From NCBI RefSeq assembly GCF_009914755.1, contig NC_060938.1: a DNA stretch of 64,000 nucleotides. One strand, 5' to 3'. Source of the stretch: the human T2T-CHM13v2.0 reference genome, Homo sapiens. The stretch's first letter is position 1, and the number at the start of each line of letters is the position of its first letter. Positions 1-21,133 of this stretch are shown one piece after another. Both the position numbers and the translations under genes were made by a program. Below the pieces are notes generated by a model. The model was not told the DNA's origin. It saw only the letters and a program-made list of their open reading frames with translations, and did not search any database.

Positions 1-94
1 TCCGGGCTGGTTTCAAACTCTTGGACTCAAGCAATCCATTCGCCTCAGTCCCACAAAGTGCTGAGATTACAGGCGTGAGCAACCGTGCCTGGCC
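1..94 (-). mobile_element. Alu, left-arm end (truncated by window edge)
   Basis: Antisense Alu 5' end ...caaagtgctgagattacaggcgtgagc...ggcc. Confidence 0.9.
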
Positions 95-165
95 TATGTT
101 GTTGTTTTATAGTCAATATTTGTTTAGATTTACCAAAGTGTTTACCTTCCTGTATTCTTCTTCTT

Positions 166-457
166 TTCTTTTTTTTTTTTTTTTTGTAGATGGGGTCTTG
201 CTCTTTTGCCCAGGCTGGAATGCAGTTGTGCGATCACAGCTAACTGCAGCCTTAACCTCCCAGGCCCAAGTAATCCTCCCTCCTGAGTAGCTGGGATTAC
301 AGGTGTGAGCCACCACATGCCATCTCTTTTTCACAGAGACAGGATTTTGCTGTGTTGCCCAGGCTGGTCCCAAACTCCTAGGCTCAAGTGATCCTCCTGC
401 CTTGGCCTCCCAAAATGTGCTGGGGTTACAGGTGTGTGTGAGCTACCATGCTGGGCC
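166..457 (-). mobile_element. Alu (AluJ-like)
   Basis: Poly-T followed by a diverged antisense two-arm Alu. Confidence 0.9.
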
Positions 458-985
<528 letters not shown>

Positions 986-1965
986 TGTATTTACCTTTTT
1001 CTTTGCTTACTTTTTCTTATATCTCTGACCTTCTTTTGGGGATCATTTTCCTTAAAATCGTTCTTTAACAGTTTAGGGCCCATTGATAATAAACTTCATC
1101 ATTTTGAAAATGTCTGTATTTTGATTTTAATCTTAAAGAGATTTTCTCTGGGTGTAAAGTTCTGGTTTGGCAGTTTATCATTTTCAGGATAGTATTCCAT
1201 TGCCTTCTGGCTTCCGTTATTGCTGTTGAAGATAACTGTCAGTCTATACCTTGATTCTTTGTAAGTAATGTAATTTTTTCATATCTCTTCTTAAGATCTT
1301 CTCTTTGAGTTTATGGTTCTGAAGGTTCACTATGATGAGTCTAGGTGTTTTATTTCTAGCTTGGGATTCAGAAAAATATCTGGATAATAGGATTGATGTT
1401 TTATCAATTTAAAATTTCTCTTTAAAGATTGTCTTTATCCTTTCTTCTTTCTTGCTGGAATTTAATATTTAACATATCTTAGTCTCTCTAGATTCATTAT
1501 ATACGATTTCTTCTGGTCTCTTTTACAATTCCCTTTTTCTTTATTTGGCTTTGTCTAATCTGTTTAACCTGCCCCTGAGTCTTTTTTTAGACTTTTTTAT
1601 TGTGAAATATAACACATCAAGAAAAGTGCCTGGAACAAAAATAAACACTGAATGATTTATGTAAAGAGAACAGCTCAGCTGTGTAACTAGAAACTAGGTC
1701 AAGAAACGTAAGATTGCTAGGACTCCAGGAGCTCCTGTTGTGTCCACTTGAAATCATTGTCCCCTCACTGCCCTCTGAGGGTTACCATTATCCTGTCTCA
1801 AGAAAGTCTATTTACTTTCTTGTTTTCTTTATACTTTTACTGCTTAGGCATGCCTCCCTCATCACTATAGTTTAATTTTACCTGTTTTTTAAATTTAGTA
1901 TAAATGAATCATCGAGTATGTGCTCTTTTTTGTCTTGCTTCTTTTTCCAAACATTGTGAGATTTA

Positions 1966-2421
<456 letters not shown>

Positions 2422-2599
2422 TCATTTACATTTGGGGGCTCTTGCAAAGAATGGTGCAATTGAACATTTACACTCATTATTGGGCGTATGTGTCTATGAG
2501 TGGAGTTCTGGGTCAAGGAGTTTGTGTGCACATGCACGCACAATTTTAACTTTTATAGATGATGCCAAACTGTTTACCAAGATCTTTTTATGAATTTAC

Positions 2600-3727
<1,128 letters not shown>

Positions 3728-4134
3728 TGATTGAGATTGTATTGTATAGATCAGTTTGTAGGGAACTGACTTCTTTATATTATTGAAGGGTTTTAAAAAA
3801 TTGACATGAAATTGTATATATTATGTATAATGTTTTATGCATATATACATTGCGGGATAATTAAATCTAGCTAATTAACAAGTGCATTACTTCACATAGT
3901 TATCATTTTTAATGATGAGAACACTTAACATACACTATCTTTGCATTTTAGTAATACAATATATCATCATTAACTATAGTCACCATGCTGTACACTAGAT
4001 GTCTTGAACTCATCCCTCCTATGTAACTGTAATTATATATTCTTTGATCAACATTTTCTCATCCTCCTCTCCTCCCAACCATCCTGGCCTGTGGTAAACA
4101 CTATTCTACTCTCTACTTCTATGAGATCAACTCT

Positions 4135-4428
4135 TTTATTTTTTAGAGACATGTTCTCGCTCTGTTACCCAGGCTAGAGTGCAGTGGCGTGATCATAACT
4201 CACTACAGCCTTGAGGTCCTAGGCTCAATCAGTCCTCCTGCCTTACCCTCCCAAGTAGCTAGGACTATAGGCACACACTACCACAACTGGCTAATTTTTA
4301 TTTTTATTTTTTAGAGATGAAGTCTCACTGTGATTCTTAGGCTGGTCTTGAATTTCTGGCCTCAAGTGATCCTTCCACCTCAGCCTCCCCAGTAGCTGGG
4401 ATTATGGGAGGGAGCTACTATGCCCACC
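4135..4428 (-). mobile_element. Alu (AluJ-like) inserted in an old L1 3' region
   Basis: Antisense Alu with tcaact on both flanks; L1M-like sequence continues on both sides. Confidence 0.85.
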
Positions 4429-4612
4429 AAGGTCAACTTTTTTAGATTCCACATATGAGTGGGCTCATGCAGTATTTATCTTTCTGTGCCTGGCTTATTT
4501 CACTTAACATAATGTCTTCCAGGTTTAGCCATGTTGTCACAAATGACAAGATTTCATTATTTTTTATGGACAAATAATATTCCATTTTGGAGGGAGAGAT
4601 TTATATATCACA

Positions 4613-6442
<1,830 letters not shown>

Positions 6443-7207
6443 TCACATTTTCTTTATCCATTCTTCTGTTGATGAACACTTAGGTTGATTCTATATCTTG
6501 GCTATTATGAATGGTGCTGCAGTAAACATGGGTGTGCAGCTATCTCTTTGACATACTAATTTTATTTCACTTGGGTATATATCCAGTAGTGGAATTGTTA
6601 GACCACAATATTGAGTTTTTGAATCTAAGTGTTTGTTTAGACCTTTAGTTTCTTTTAATAATGTATTTATAGTTTTCTGTGATTTTTAAATTTAAGTATA
6701 AATGGAGATTTTAAACATTTTTCTGTTTCTGGTACATGGAAAAATGCAACTGAGTTTTACATATTTCTCTTGTATTAAGGAATCTTTCTAAACTCACTTG
6801 TTCTAATTACTTGTAGATTCTTTTGGATTTCTATATAGACTATTATCTTTGAAAATGACCATTTTATTTCTTTCCCGTCCTTGTCATTTTTTCTTTCTTT
6901 TCTTGCCTTGGTGTACCTGGCTAGGATCACAGTACAGTGTTCAGTAGATGTGGTGATAGTGGACATCCTTGACTTATGCCCTATCTCAAAATGACAGCTT
7001 TTAACATTTCACCTTGAAGTATAATATCTGCAGTAGGTTTGTAGATCCCTTTATCAGATTAAATCTGTTCATTTCTATTCTTGGTTTGCTAAGAGTTTTT
7101 TTTTTAAATCATGAATGGTTGGTGAATTTAATCAAATGTTTTCTGCATTTGTTGAGATAATTATATATCTTCTCTCTTTATGCTGTTATTGTGTTGAAAT
7201 ACATTGA

Positions 7208-7625
<418 letters not shown>

Positions 7626-7657
7626 ATTTTTTTTTTTTTTTTAAAGAGACAGAGTTG

Positions 7658-8268
<611 letters not shown>

Positions 8269-8551
8269 TAGCTTCATACAACAGGTTAGGGGTGTTTCCT
8301 ATTTTTATGTTCTCTGGAAGAGTTTGTATAAGATTGTCATTCTTTTTTACTTAAAATGTTTAGTTAGAATCTACTGGTGAAGCCATCTGGAGTTCTCCTT
8401 TAAGGGAAGTTTTTGAATTATGGATACAATTTCTTGAATAGTTATAGAGCTATTAATATTTTCTATTTCTTAATGTCTCAGTTTTGATAAGTTATATATT
8501 TCATTTATCATCTAAATATGTTATCTTTAAAATTTTTTAATTATTGGCATA

Positions 8552-8850
8552 AACCAAGCGTAGTGGCTCATGCCTGTAATCCCACCACTATGGGAGGCTG
8601 AGGCAGGAGGATCACACTTCAGGCAAGGAGTATGAGACCAGCCTGGTCAACACAATGAGAATCTGTCTTTACAAAAAAATTAAAAAATTAGCCTGGCATG
8701 GTGGTGTGAGTCTTTAGTCCCAGATACTCAGGAGGCTAAGGTGGTAGGATGGCTTGGGCCCAGGAGTTCAAGGCTGCAGTGAGCTATGATCATGCCACTG
8801 CACTACAGCCTGGGCAGCAAAGCGAGACCCTGTCTCCCCCTCCAAAAAAA
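8552..8850 (+). mobile_element. Alu (AluJ-like)
   Basis: Sense Alu with J-type ggagttcaaggctgcagtgagctatgatc. Confidence 0.9.
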
Positions 8851-8860
8851 ATTATTGGCT

Positions 8861-9170
<310 letters not shown>

Positions 9171-10259
9171 ATTATTGGCATATATTTGTTTATGATATCC
9201 TCTGAAAAATTTTACCCCATTTGGTAGATAACTAGGAATGTCTCTTTTTTCATTCCTGACTTTGCTTACTTGTGCTTCTTTTTTCTTCATAATTCCTTCC
9301 ATGGGTTTATTAATTTTATTAGTCTTTTCAAATAACCAACTTTTTGCTTTGTTGATCTTCTTTATATTTGTGTTTAATTGATTTCTACTCTTATTTCTAT
9401 TGTTTCTTTCCTTCTGTTCTCTTGGATATAATTTCTTATTCTTCATTATTCTTCAACCAACTTTAATCTGACATCTTTCCATATTACTCCACTGAAACTG
9501 GTCAAGTTGATGGCTTTCTTGTTTTCTAGTCCAGTGGACACTTATTTGGACTCGTTATTCTTGCTCTCAAAAGCATCACACTCACATTCTTCTATCTCCT
9601 ATCTTATTATCCTTTCTACTTTTTCCTTTTCTGATTCCTGTTTTACCTGATATCTAAATATTGAAATGGGTCAGGCTTGGTCTCTTCTGTATCCACCCCA
9701 GATATTGCAAACTGAGATGCCTACAAGAGTCAAGCACGTTCTGTAAATGAATGATATAGAGTGATTGTTTGCTTTTTTTTTAATACATAGGAATGTTCTT
9801 AAATTCGTAAGGAAATGTATTACCTTTCATGTTTTCTTTAAACATAAGGCCTCTAGGGTCTATCTTTCATTTTTGTAGTTTTACTAGCAACATGGATCCT
9901 GAGAAATATTTCTTTGTATTAGAAAAATAGTGGTGTACAAATATGATGGTAAGTGAAGACAACATTTGGCTTCAGTTGAAAAGACATATGGTGAATTAGA
10001 GAATTCATGCCTCATATAAATGAAAAAGCTGCCATATAGTTCAAACCAACTGTTACTGGATTGCCCAGTTCTTTAAAAAGAAACTTGGAGTATGGATTCT
10101 TTAAAATGTGAACTCTACTAATTTAAAAATTCTGGCGTAAGTTTTTAAATACGTGGAGACCAAAAATAATATTATAATAAAAGCATGTCTGTGAGTCAGC
10201 AGATGGATCCGTGGGCCACTAATTTATGTCTTCTAATTTCCATTCTTTTCCTGTATTCC

Positions 10260-10460
10260 CATCTAATTGTATGGCTTTAAATACCATTGATATGGTGATT
10301 ACTCTCAAATTCAGAATGCCAGCCTTTCATATTCACCTGCCTACTTGACATCTCTCCTTGAATGTCTAATAGTCATCTCAAACTTAACATGTTCCTAACA
10401 GAATTCATTCTTGATTTTTCTTCCCAAACTTGTTATCCCTAGTCTTCCCCACATTTAAGA
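10260..10460. mobile_element. L2 fragment
   Basis: cctgcctacttgacatctctccttgaatgtctaatagtcatctcaaacttaacatgttcc resembles the L2 consensus; L2-like sequence resumes at ~11565-11760. Confidence 0.6.
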
Positions 10461-10901
10461 TTAAAATCAGTGAGACATTCTTCTCTCAGAGGGTTGTCCA
10501 ACAGGATGGTGATATGATTGAAAGGCAGAAATAAACAGACAGTATATGTTAAATTTCTTTAATGGCAAAATATATGCAAATCCAAAGAAGTGGTTATACA
10601 AAGCAGGAAATAACAGCATGCTATCACAAAGAGGTATAGGTTTCTTTGAGTTACCTATAATGAGGTATAACTGTGGATAAATCACCTGTACAAAATGAAT
10701 ATTCTGCCATGTTTTAGGAGCTATTATTGCCCTTCTCCTGAGGCAGGTGGAGACATTAAATACCTTTTTGATCCCCTGACTCCTGCCTGGTCCTTTCTGG
10801 AGACTCTGGCTACATATTTCCTTGCATAACAGGTACAAATAATTGGTGCAATAAAGGCTGAGCAAGGTGATTTTCCCAAAACCATCATCCTGTAGACCCA
10901 G

Positions 10902-11563
<662 letters not shown>

Positions 11564-11769
11564 CACCCCTACTACCTCCTGAGTCCAAGCTTCAAGTATC
11601 TCTCACCTGGACTATTGCAAATCTTCCCTTGACTGGCCTCCCTGCTTTGACTCTTGTGCATGTACAATCCTTTCTCCATGCAGTCACCAAAATATTTTTT
11701 TTAAATGCAAATTAGATTGTGTCAGTCCTCTGCCCAAAACCCTTCCATTGCTTAGAGTAAAATGCAGAT

Positions 11770-12057
<288 letters not shown>

Positions 12058-13514
12058 AAAACGCAGATGTCTCAATTACCTACATGCTCTTAAGGTCTTA
12101 CTTGCTGTAGCTTCTTTCAGCATCTCTGATTTTGTCTCCTCCTACTCTCTTTTCATCCTACTCTTATCGGCGTCTAGCCACATTGGGCCTTAGTTCTGTT
12201 GCCTGAACAGGGTAAACTCATTCCTATCTCAAAACCCTGGTCTAAATTTAACTGATACATAAACTCCACAGACTAGGGGTGCTCATTAGTTAACCTGTTC
12301 CAGCCCAGAAGATGGTCCCATGTCATTCTTTACTCTCTGTAGCCTTCATGAAGTCATTTAAAGAATCACAGGCCATTCCAGAAACTATTTTTTATGAATA
12401 CTGTTTTGTTGGTTTTTTTCTTTTAAGAATACTGAAGCCAAAATGGATTATCCCCTGGCTCGTGGAAGGAGGACTCTAACCCATTGTTCTCTAAATGAAT
12501 CACTGGAACAGCAGAGTGTTAGAAATTGTATCTGTAATGATTGTTGTTATTGTTCAGTTAAACTTTGTACTTTTGTGTATATATAACACATTAATACAGT
12601 ATTATATGTGCGTAATTTATAAATATATATAGTATATGTCTCAAACATTTTCGTATATGTTGACTAATTTTAAAAACCCTAGATTAAATAATGCTAATAA
12701 GACCACTGGTTTAAATAATGCTAATGAAATTAAAACGTGTCACTTTTTAATAATGTTGATAAGCCAAGGGTTTCTTGTTTCCCATGAGTAGTGATGTCAG
12801 GGCAAAAAGACATTAGAAAGCAAAAAGGGGGAAATATGAGAAATAGAGACTAGATATCTTATTCTTTAAGCTAAATTGACTCTCCTAGAAACATTATTCT
12901 TCCAATTATATATTCAATATAAGTTATGTACCTAGTGGAATCATAAACATTTGGATTCCTAGTGAGAAAACTTTGATTATAGTATATTGGATCTTAAGCA
13001 CAATCCAGAAACATTAAAGACAACTCAATTTACCTATCTGTCTATTTATCTAGTTATTTATTTAATGTATTTTATCTTTTCTTTTTACTCACCACTGTAT
13101 TAACAAGGAAATTAATGTATGGTAGACAATGAGACCTGACTGTAAAGAGGTACAAATATTGAACCTTAGGAATTTGTAGTGAGTTTTATGTCAAATTAGC
13201 AGTACTAGCTATTAGAAGTAGAGATTTATAGCTTTTTCTTGGAGAAAGCTGATATCACAGAGGGAAAGAACTACTCATTAATTTTTAAAAAAGTGATTTG
13301 GTCACATCCGGATGAATTATTAGAGAACTGGAACCCCAGTAGTCGTGTTTCTCACAGGTCTTTGTAACCTTGGCTGAGCCTCAAGAAATAGACAATGAGA
13401 TCAAACTGGCATGCTTTCGTGTGAGGATACGAAAATAGCTCTCACTGATAAAGCAGTGCCTAAGAAGGAAGCATAAGTCTTTTGTGAGTTAGATCATGGT
13501 TTTACTCCGCCTTA

Positions 13515-13915
<401 letters not shown>

Positions 13916-14158
13916 TCAATTATGCAATGTACCTCCTCTGATTAATTGTGACACTTTGCTTGAAACATTCCTTTGGCATTTACCATGTCATTTTCTGTGT
14001 GTGTGAGCTTGTGTTTATGTGTATCCCTCCTACTCCTCCTGTAAGATTATAAATTCCTTAAATCAGCACGCTCTCTTCCATTACTTTGTATGCAACTGTG
14101 GCACTGCAGGCCCAGCAGGCAGCTAGTACAGTAGCAAGAGGACCACATTGCCCTAGAG

Positions 14159-14358
14159 CAGAGTTTCTCAGCCTCCCCGCTATTGACATTTTGGGCAGAT
14201 GATTCTTTTTTGTACATTGTAGGATGTTTAGCAGCCTTCTGGCCTTTACTTACTAGATGCCTATGTACTTCCTCCCCACTTGTGACAACCAAAAATTTTT
14301 CCAGATATTGCCAAATGTCTCTTGGGGTACAAAATTACCCTCAGTTGAGAACTACTAT
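14159..14358. mobile_element. MER20 (hAT-Charlie DNA transposon relic)
   Basis: cagagtttctcagcct...ctattgacattttgggcagatgattcttt...cagttgagaactact with inverted termini. Confidence 0.75.
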
Positions 14359-14635
14359 TCTAGGGACTGGGAAATTTAGGTGATAGTGTGATAGCCCTAG
14401 CTTTGCCATGATCTCACCATACTTGGTCAAACTGATTCACCTATATTCCTCTCCTGACAAGTGAGAAGGATTAGAATTTATTGGGTGTTTAATCTGGGTT
14501 CTATGGATAGCTTTAGGGAAATTTTAATCCCTTGAAAATGTATGTGAGTTTTGTATGTACATTTTTCTAGGAATAACATCCTTAGCTTTCAGCATTTTTT
14601 CAAACTTATCTATGACCCCAAAAAGATTAAACCTC

Positions 14636-15010
<375 letters not shown>

Positions 15011-15161
15011 TTATGAAAGCCATTTGTGACTAGAAAATGCTGAGAAAGCACTTGGTGCTACCTGGATTTATTATATTATCAGGTACCACTTATTTACAGT
15101 ACTCTATCTTCTACCTCTTTTTAAAAATTGGATCTTGAGTCAGTGATGATAAGGTAAATGA

Positions 15162-15693
<532 letters not shown>

Positions 15694-15884
15694 TTAGGTC
15701 ACTGCTTCACAAAGTCCATTGCATTTGTTACTGTAGACTTATCTGTAGATGCAAACCAAAACCTGGTCAGATGCTACCTTTGGGAAGTTAAGGATGTACC
15801 TCTTAGACTTTTTTGTCACAGTTATATGTTATGCTCGCTGCTGTGCTCAGGTGTGAACCACAACCTTGTCTTCCTCTGTTGCAG

Positions 15885-16141
15885 GTAAATTTGGAAGGCA
15901 AAGCCAGCCCTCTGTCACTTCTACAAATGGCCTCCCCAAGTGGCCTGTGTGTCTTGGTTCGCCTGCCCAAGCTAATCTGTGGAGGAAAAACACTACCAAG
16001 AACGTTATTGGATATTTTGGCAGATGGCACCATTTTGAAAGTTGGAGTGGGATGCTCAGAAGATGCCAGCAAGCTTCTGCAGGATTATGGCCTCGTTGTT
16101 AGGGGGTGCCTGGACCTCCGATACCTAGCCATGCGGCAGAG
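15885..16141 (+). CDS. EXD2: EXD2 coding exon (aa 112-197), 3'-5' exonuclease domain including the ExoII Asp (CSEDA, D171)
   Basis: Acceptor ttcctctgttgcag|, donor AG|gtatgg; 257 nt; VNLEGKASPLSLLQMA...DLRYLAMRQR matches EXD2. Confidence 0.97.
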
Positions 16142-17169
16142 GTATGGTTTGTATGAATGCTGGGATTCCTATAGCTGCGGGACAAATATTTTAGCCAGAT
16201 TTGTAGATGCCTGGGACTCAATAGTGAGACATGTGAAATTGTATAGGAGCCTAGAGGCTTCTAAGATGCATATTGAATTTGTAAGGAGACATTCCACCTT
16301 CTGTGAAACTTTGGTTACCTAGAATTAGCCTTTTTAGATCAAACATTACTGAGGGATCTCTGTAAGCTACAGGCTAAAAGCTGGTGGTCCCACTGGCTAA
16401 ATTATGGCTGCAAAGGGTTTTTGGTTTTCTTTTTTCCCATATGATATTTTTGGGAATTTTTGTTTAAATCAAGAATATTTAATGTAAAAATCTGTATTTC
16501 TGGCTTCTCTTGAAATTAGGTAACCTGACTACACTGAGTCTACAGTTCTAGATGGCAGCATTTGGCTGGGTAGCATATGTGCCCTTTAGATGAGCGTGCT
16601 CTGTTCAGTTTGCCAGAGTCCCCACCACTCCCATTGTAACCCTGGCTCCTCCTAATAAGCCTTTGAGTTTGTAGAGCCTGCTTTAGGGCAAAAATGATGG
16701 TAGACCAGCCCTTATCTGGGAGGAAGAGAGATTTCCTTTAGAATTTTATTCCTATGGAAATTTGATTTCAGCTTGTCTTTTTGGGGCGGGGAGTCGTAAT
16801 TACCTCCTCATGTTTATGTATGGGTCCTCATTTATAACAACGTGGACTGAAACAGCCTCTTGCCCTGCCTGAAGTGACACAGTCACTAAAAGTTTGGAGA
16901 TTTGGTAAACTAAAAGAAGGCCTGATTAAAATCTGTACTTATCACAATTTTTTAGTATAAAATGAAATTTTATTTTAGTTTGTTAGTTTGGCTTATATAA
17001 AGATCTTATAAGTGAAGTATAATTTTTTAAAGTAATACATTAAGATATTGCTGTGAAAATTAAAACTCTGCGAAAGTCTATGGAGTATAACAGTAAAAGC
17101 CCCCCTTCATCAGGCCCTCCTTTCTTTGGCACCAGCTCCCCAGAATGCCACTGTCACTGTGTGCTGTTA

Positions 17170-17410
17170 GAGGCAGTGTGGATAGAGGCTAAAAGCTGAC
17201 TCGGGAGCACACTGCATGGGTAGGAGTCTCAGTGCTGCCACTTGCCAGCTGTATGACCTTTGGCACAGTACTAAGCCTCTCTGTTCCTCAGTTTCCTCAT
17301 CTGTAAAGTAGAGTTGATAATGTAGCCACCTCACAGGGTTGGTGTGAGTATTAAATGAGTTAAACTACAGAAAGGATTTATAAAGTGTTTCACAAATAGA
17401 TAACAAATTA
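17170..17410. mobile_element. MIR
   Basis: MIR core ctgtatgacctttggca...ctctgttcctcagtttcctcatctgtaaa. Confidence 0.8.
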
Positions 17411-17540
17411 TCATTTTCTTCGATTTCTAGTGAGATTCAGTATGTTATCTCTGTTTATTGGCCATTTATATGTCTTTTTTGATTTTCTTGTCCATGTCCT
17501 TTGCCCGTTTTTGATGCATGGTTTTCTTTGTTTCTTTTAG

Positions 17541-17667
17541 AAACAATTTGCTCTGTAATGGGCTTAGCCTGAAGTCCCTCGCTGAGACTGTTTTGAACTT
17601 TCCCCTTGACAAGTCCCTTCTACTTCGTTGCAGCAACTGGGATGCTGAGACTCTCACAGAGGACCAG
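17541..17667 (+). CDS. EXD2: EXD2 coding exon (aa 197-239)
   Basis: tttcttttag|A AAC...GAC CAG|gtactt; 127 nt; phase matches; LSLKSLAETVL...SNWDAETLTEDQ, a typical WRN/RNase D-type exonuclease motif. Confidence 0.97.
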
Positions 17668-17845
17668 GTACTTCTTATCAGAGTAGTTGAAGAATGGAAA
17701 GTCATTGTTTCTGAAGTATAACTGTTTATAAAATTCGAATTCTCAAATATAGTATAAGTATTGGATGGAGATGCCTTAAAATAGATTCATTCTCTGGTGA
17801 TACTCCAGCTAACTGGTCTACAATAATCACTTAAATAAAGGATAA

Positions 17846-18136
<291 letters not shown>

Positions 18137-19524
18137 AAGAGTCCTGATTTTTTTTGAGCATTTACTATATGTTGGGCATTTCAGAAAAAGGGATTTTTTT
18201 TATGAATACAAATGTATAATTTAAAAAAAATACAGTGTTATAAGTGTGTAGGAGTTATAACTTATTTTAAGAAGCAGTAAGTAGTTCCCTGCATTACCTT
18301 TCCCCATTCCTAATCCTTCTTCCTTCTTCTCCTCAGAGGCAACCACTTTCATTTCTTTCTGGTAATTATCATTATACTTCTAAATTACATGCATGCGTTA
18401 TTCTTTCTTATTTATTTATATTATCTTTTGACATCATACTGTGGGAGATACGGTTTAGTACTCTTGCAGCTCCCCTGTCCCCGGACAAATACTTCTCTTC
18501 CCCATCCTCCCAATTTAGGTAAATCATCATTTTTATCAGGTTAATATACAGTATTTATATTATTTATAGCTGAGTCACATAGTAAACTGCAGTTACTTTT
18601 ATTTCCCAGGATTAATAATTAGTATTTTGTTTGCATAGTGTTCCATGTACCTATTATTTCCACCCCAGACTCCTTATCAGAACTATGGATCTCCTCTGGG
18701 CTGGTTCAGACACACGTCAGGTCACTTACTTGTTTCATTTTCCCTTGGAGCCTTCTCTCCTAGAGCCCTCTATCATCTGGCTCCTCCCAGGACGGAGTGC
18801 ACTCTAGGCCTGCTGCCCAACTCTCATCCTGGAATTTGCATTTACCATCAGCCTGGAATTCCCTTCACCTTTCTCTTTCATAGTAGATCCTGTTTTTTAA
18901 ATTCCATGTCTTCTTCCTTTCTTGCCTTGGTGGAGTACATTCATAACAGTTTCTTGAGAAAGGGAGCATGAGCAGTAAAAAAAAAAAAAAAAAAAAAAAA
19001 AAAGTCAGTAACTGTCTTTTCTCTCAGGTGACTTAGTTTCTCCACAGATGAATCTTCTAGTATTCTATTCAAGAAGTGTAAGTCCCACTGCCTATATTCC
19101 AGTCACTGAGTGGGGGAAAGGTGCCAGTGGTTTTAACATTCAATGTGTAATCTCTCCCTTAATCCCCCTTTCTTCAGGTGACATTTTGTCCCTCCCTTCA
19201 GTTTTGCCTGGTATTACCAGGTCCAGATCCTCTGTGGTTTAACCATTATATGATTTAAACTTTTACTGTCTTTTGGGCTAGGGGAGGGATAGTTGTCTGG
19301 CCCTGTGCTGTAAAGGAGGAGATCAGGGTGTAAGTGTTCTCTATAGAGATTTCACCTTATCCTTCTGTTTCCGCCCTTGCCTTCACAGATACCTGGTGTC
19401 TCCATTCCTTATGCTTTCCTGGTCTCTGTGGCTCAAACTCATTTGAACTTAGGCTTTTTGCCATACCACTTGCATAGGCCTAGTTTCAACCTTGCTTGCC
19501 AAGTCAGTTACCACTTGTTCATCC

Positions 19525-20195
19525 TTGAGAAATGTTAACTGGTTTCCAAAGTAGCTACACCATTTTGTATTCCCACCAGCAGTGTATGAGGGTGTCGGGG
19601 TTCTGCATCCTTGCTGACATTTGTTATTGTCAGTCTTTTCCATTAGAGCCATCCTAGTAGGTGTGAAGCGGTATTTCATTGTGGTTTTGATTTACATTTC
19701 CCTTGTGACTAATGATGCTGGGCATCTGTTCATGTGGGTATTGGCCATTTGTATATCTTCCGTGGAGAAATGTCTATTCATACATATCCTTTGCCCATGT
19801 TTTAATTGGGTCATTTGTTATTTTATTTTTGAGTTTTAGGAATTCTTTGTATACTCTAGATCCTTTTCAGATAGATGATCTATAAAGTATTTTCTACCAT
19901 TGGTTGTTCGAAGCACAATAGTTTTTAATTTTGATGAGCTCCAGTTATCAGTTTCTTTTTAAAAATCTCTTCCTTTAATTGCTTATGCTTTTGGTGTCAT
20001 AGTCAAGAAATCATTGCCTCACCCAAGGTCATGATGATTGGCTCCTATATTTTCTTCTAAAAGTCATATAGTTTTAGCTCTTGCATTTAAGTCTGTGATC
20101 CATTTTGAGTTAATTTTTGTGTGTCTTGTGAGGTAGGGGTCCACATTCACTCTTTTGCATGTGGACCTCCAGTCATCCTAGTACCATTTGTTTCT
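19525..20195 (-). mobile_element. Old L1 (L1M) ORF2 3' fragment
   Basis: Minus-strand translation MKYRFTPTRMA...DNNKC resembles the ORF2p C-terminus. Confidence 0.8.
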
Positions 20196-20479
20196 TTATC
20201 ATTAGAAAATAATGTGTTAGAGGGAACTCTAAAGTCTTCTCATTCAAGCACACATTCTTCTGTGGGAAACAGTCTGCTAATAGATATGTAGATTGTTGGA
20301 TCTAGGTGGAAAATTTTATCCAAACTTGTTTTACTCTAAAAGTATAAATGATCCTTACTAATAGAATTATTCACTGGCTTGGTTATTAAAGGTGAAATAA
20401 TAGAATTTTAAAGTCCTTACACTTTTTGTTGGGAAAAGCTATTAATTTTAGTTTTTTTAAAATTTTAGTTTTTTTTTTA

Positions 20480-20807
20480 AATTTAATTTAATTAATTTAT
20501 TTATTTATTTTGAGATGGAGTCCCACTCTGTCGCTCAGGCTGGAGTGCAGTGGTGCGATCTCAGCTCACTGCAACTTCTGCCTCCTGGGTTCAAGCCCCA
20601 GGTTCAAGCGATTCTCCTGCCTCAGCCTTCCGAGTAGATGGGATTACAGGCGCGTGCCACCGCGCCCAGCTGATTTTTTTTATTTTTAGTAGAGATGGGG
20701 TTTCCCCATGTTGGCTGCGCTGGTCTCAAATTCCTGACCTCAAGTGATCTACCCGCCTCAGCCTCCCAAAGTGTTGGGATTACAAGCGTGAGCCACCACA
20801 CCCAGCC
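20480..20807 (-). mobile_element. Alu (AluS-like) with internal ggttcaagc duplication
   Basis: Antisense Alu with a (ttta)n tail. Confidence 0.9.
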
Positions 20808-20831
20808 GAATTTTAGTTTTGACCACGCTAC

Positions 20832-21133
20832 TTTTTTTTTTTTTTTTTTTGAGATAGAGTCCTGTTCTGTCTCCTAGGCTGGAGTGCAGTGGCACGGTCT
20901 CAGCTCACTGCAATCTTCGTCTCTTGGGTTCAAGCGATTCTCCTGCCTTAGGCCTCCTGAGTAGCTGGGATTACAGGCGTCCACCACCACACCCAGCTAA
21001 TTTTTGTATTTTTAGTAGAGACAGGGTTTCACCATGTTGGCCAGGCTGGTTTCGAACTCCTGACCTCAGGTGATCTGTTCGCCTTGGCCTCCTAAAGTGC
21101 TGGGATTACAGGTGTGAGCCACCATACCTGGCC
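20832..21133 (-). mobile_element. Alu (AluS-like)
   Basis: Poly-T plus full antisense Alu. Confidence 0.9.

Noticed and set aside
18978-19003. Isolated poly-A tract as a tail-only retrotransposition
   Set aside because: Flanking similarity (cagtaa) is too short and misplaced for a TSD; slippage expansion is equally likely.
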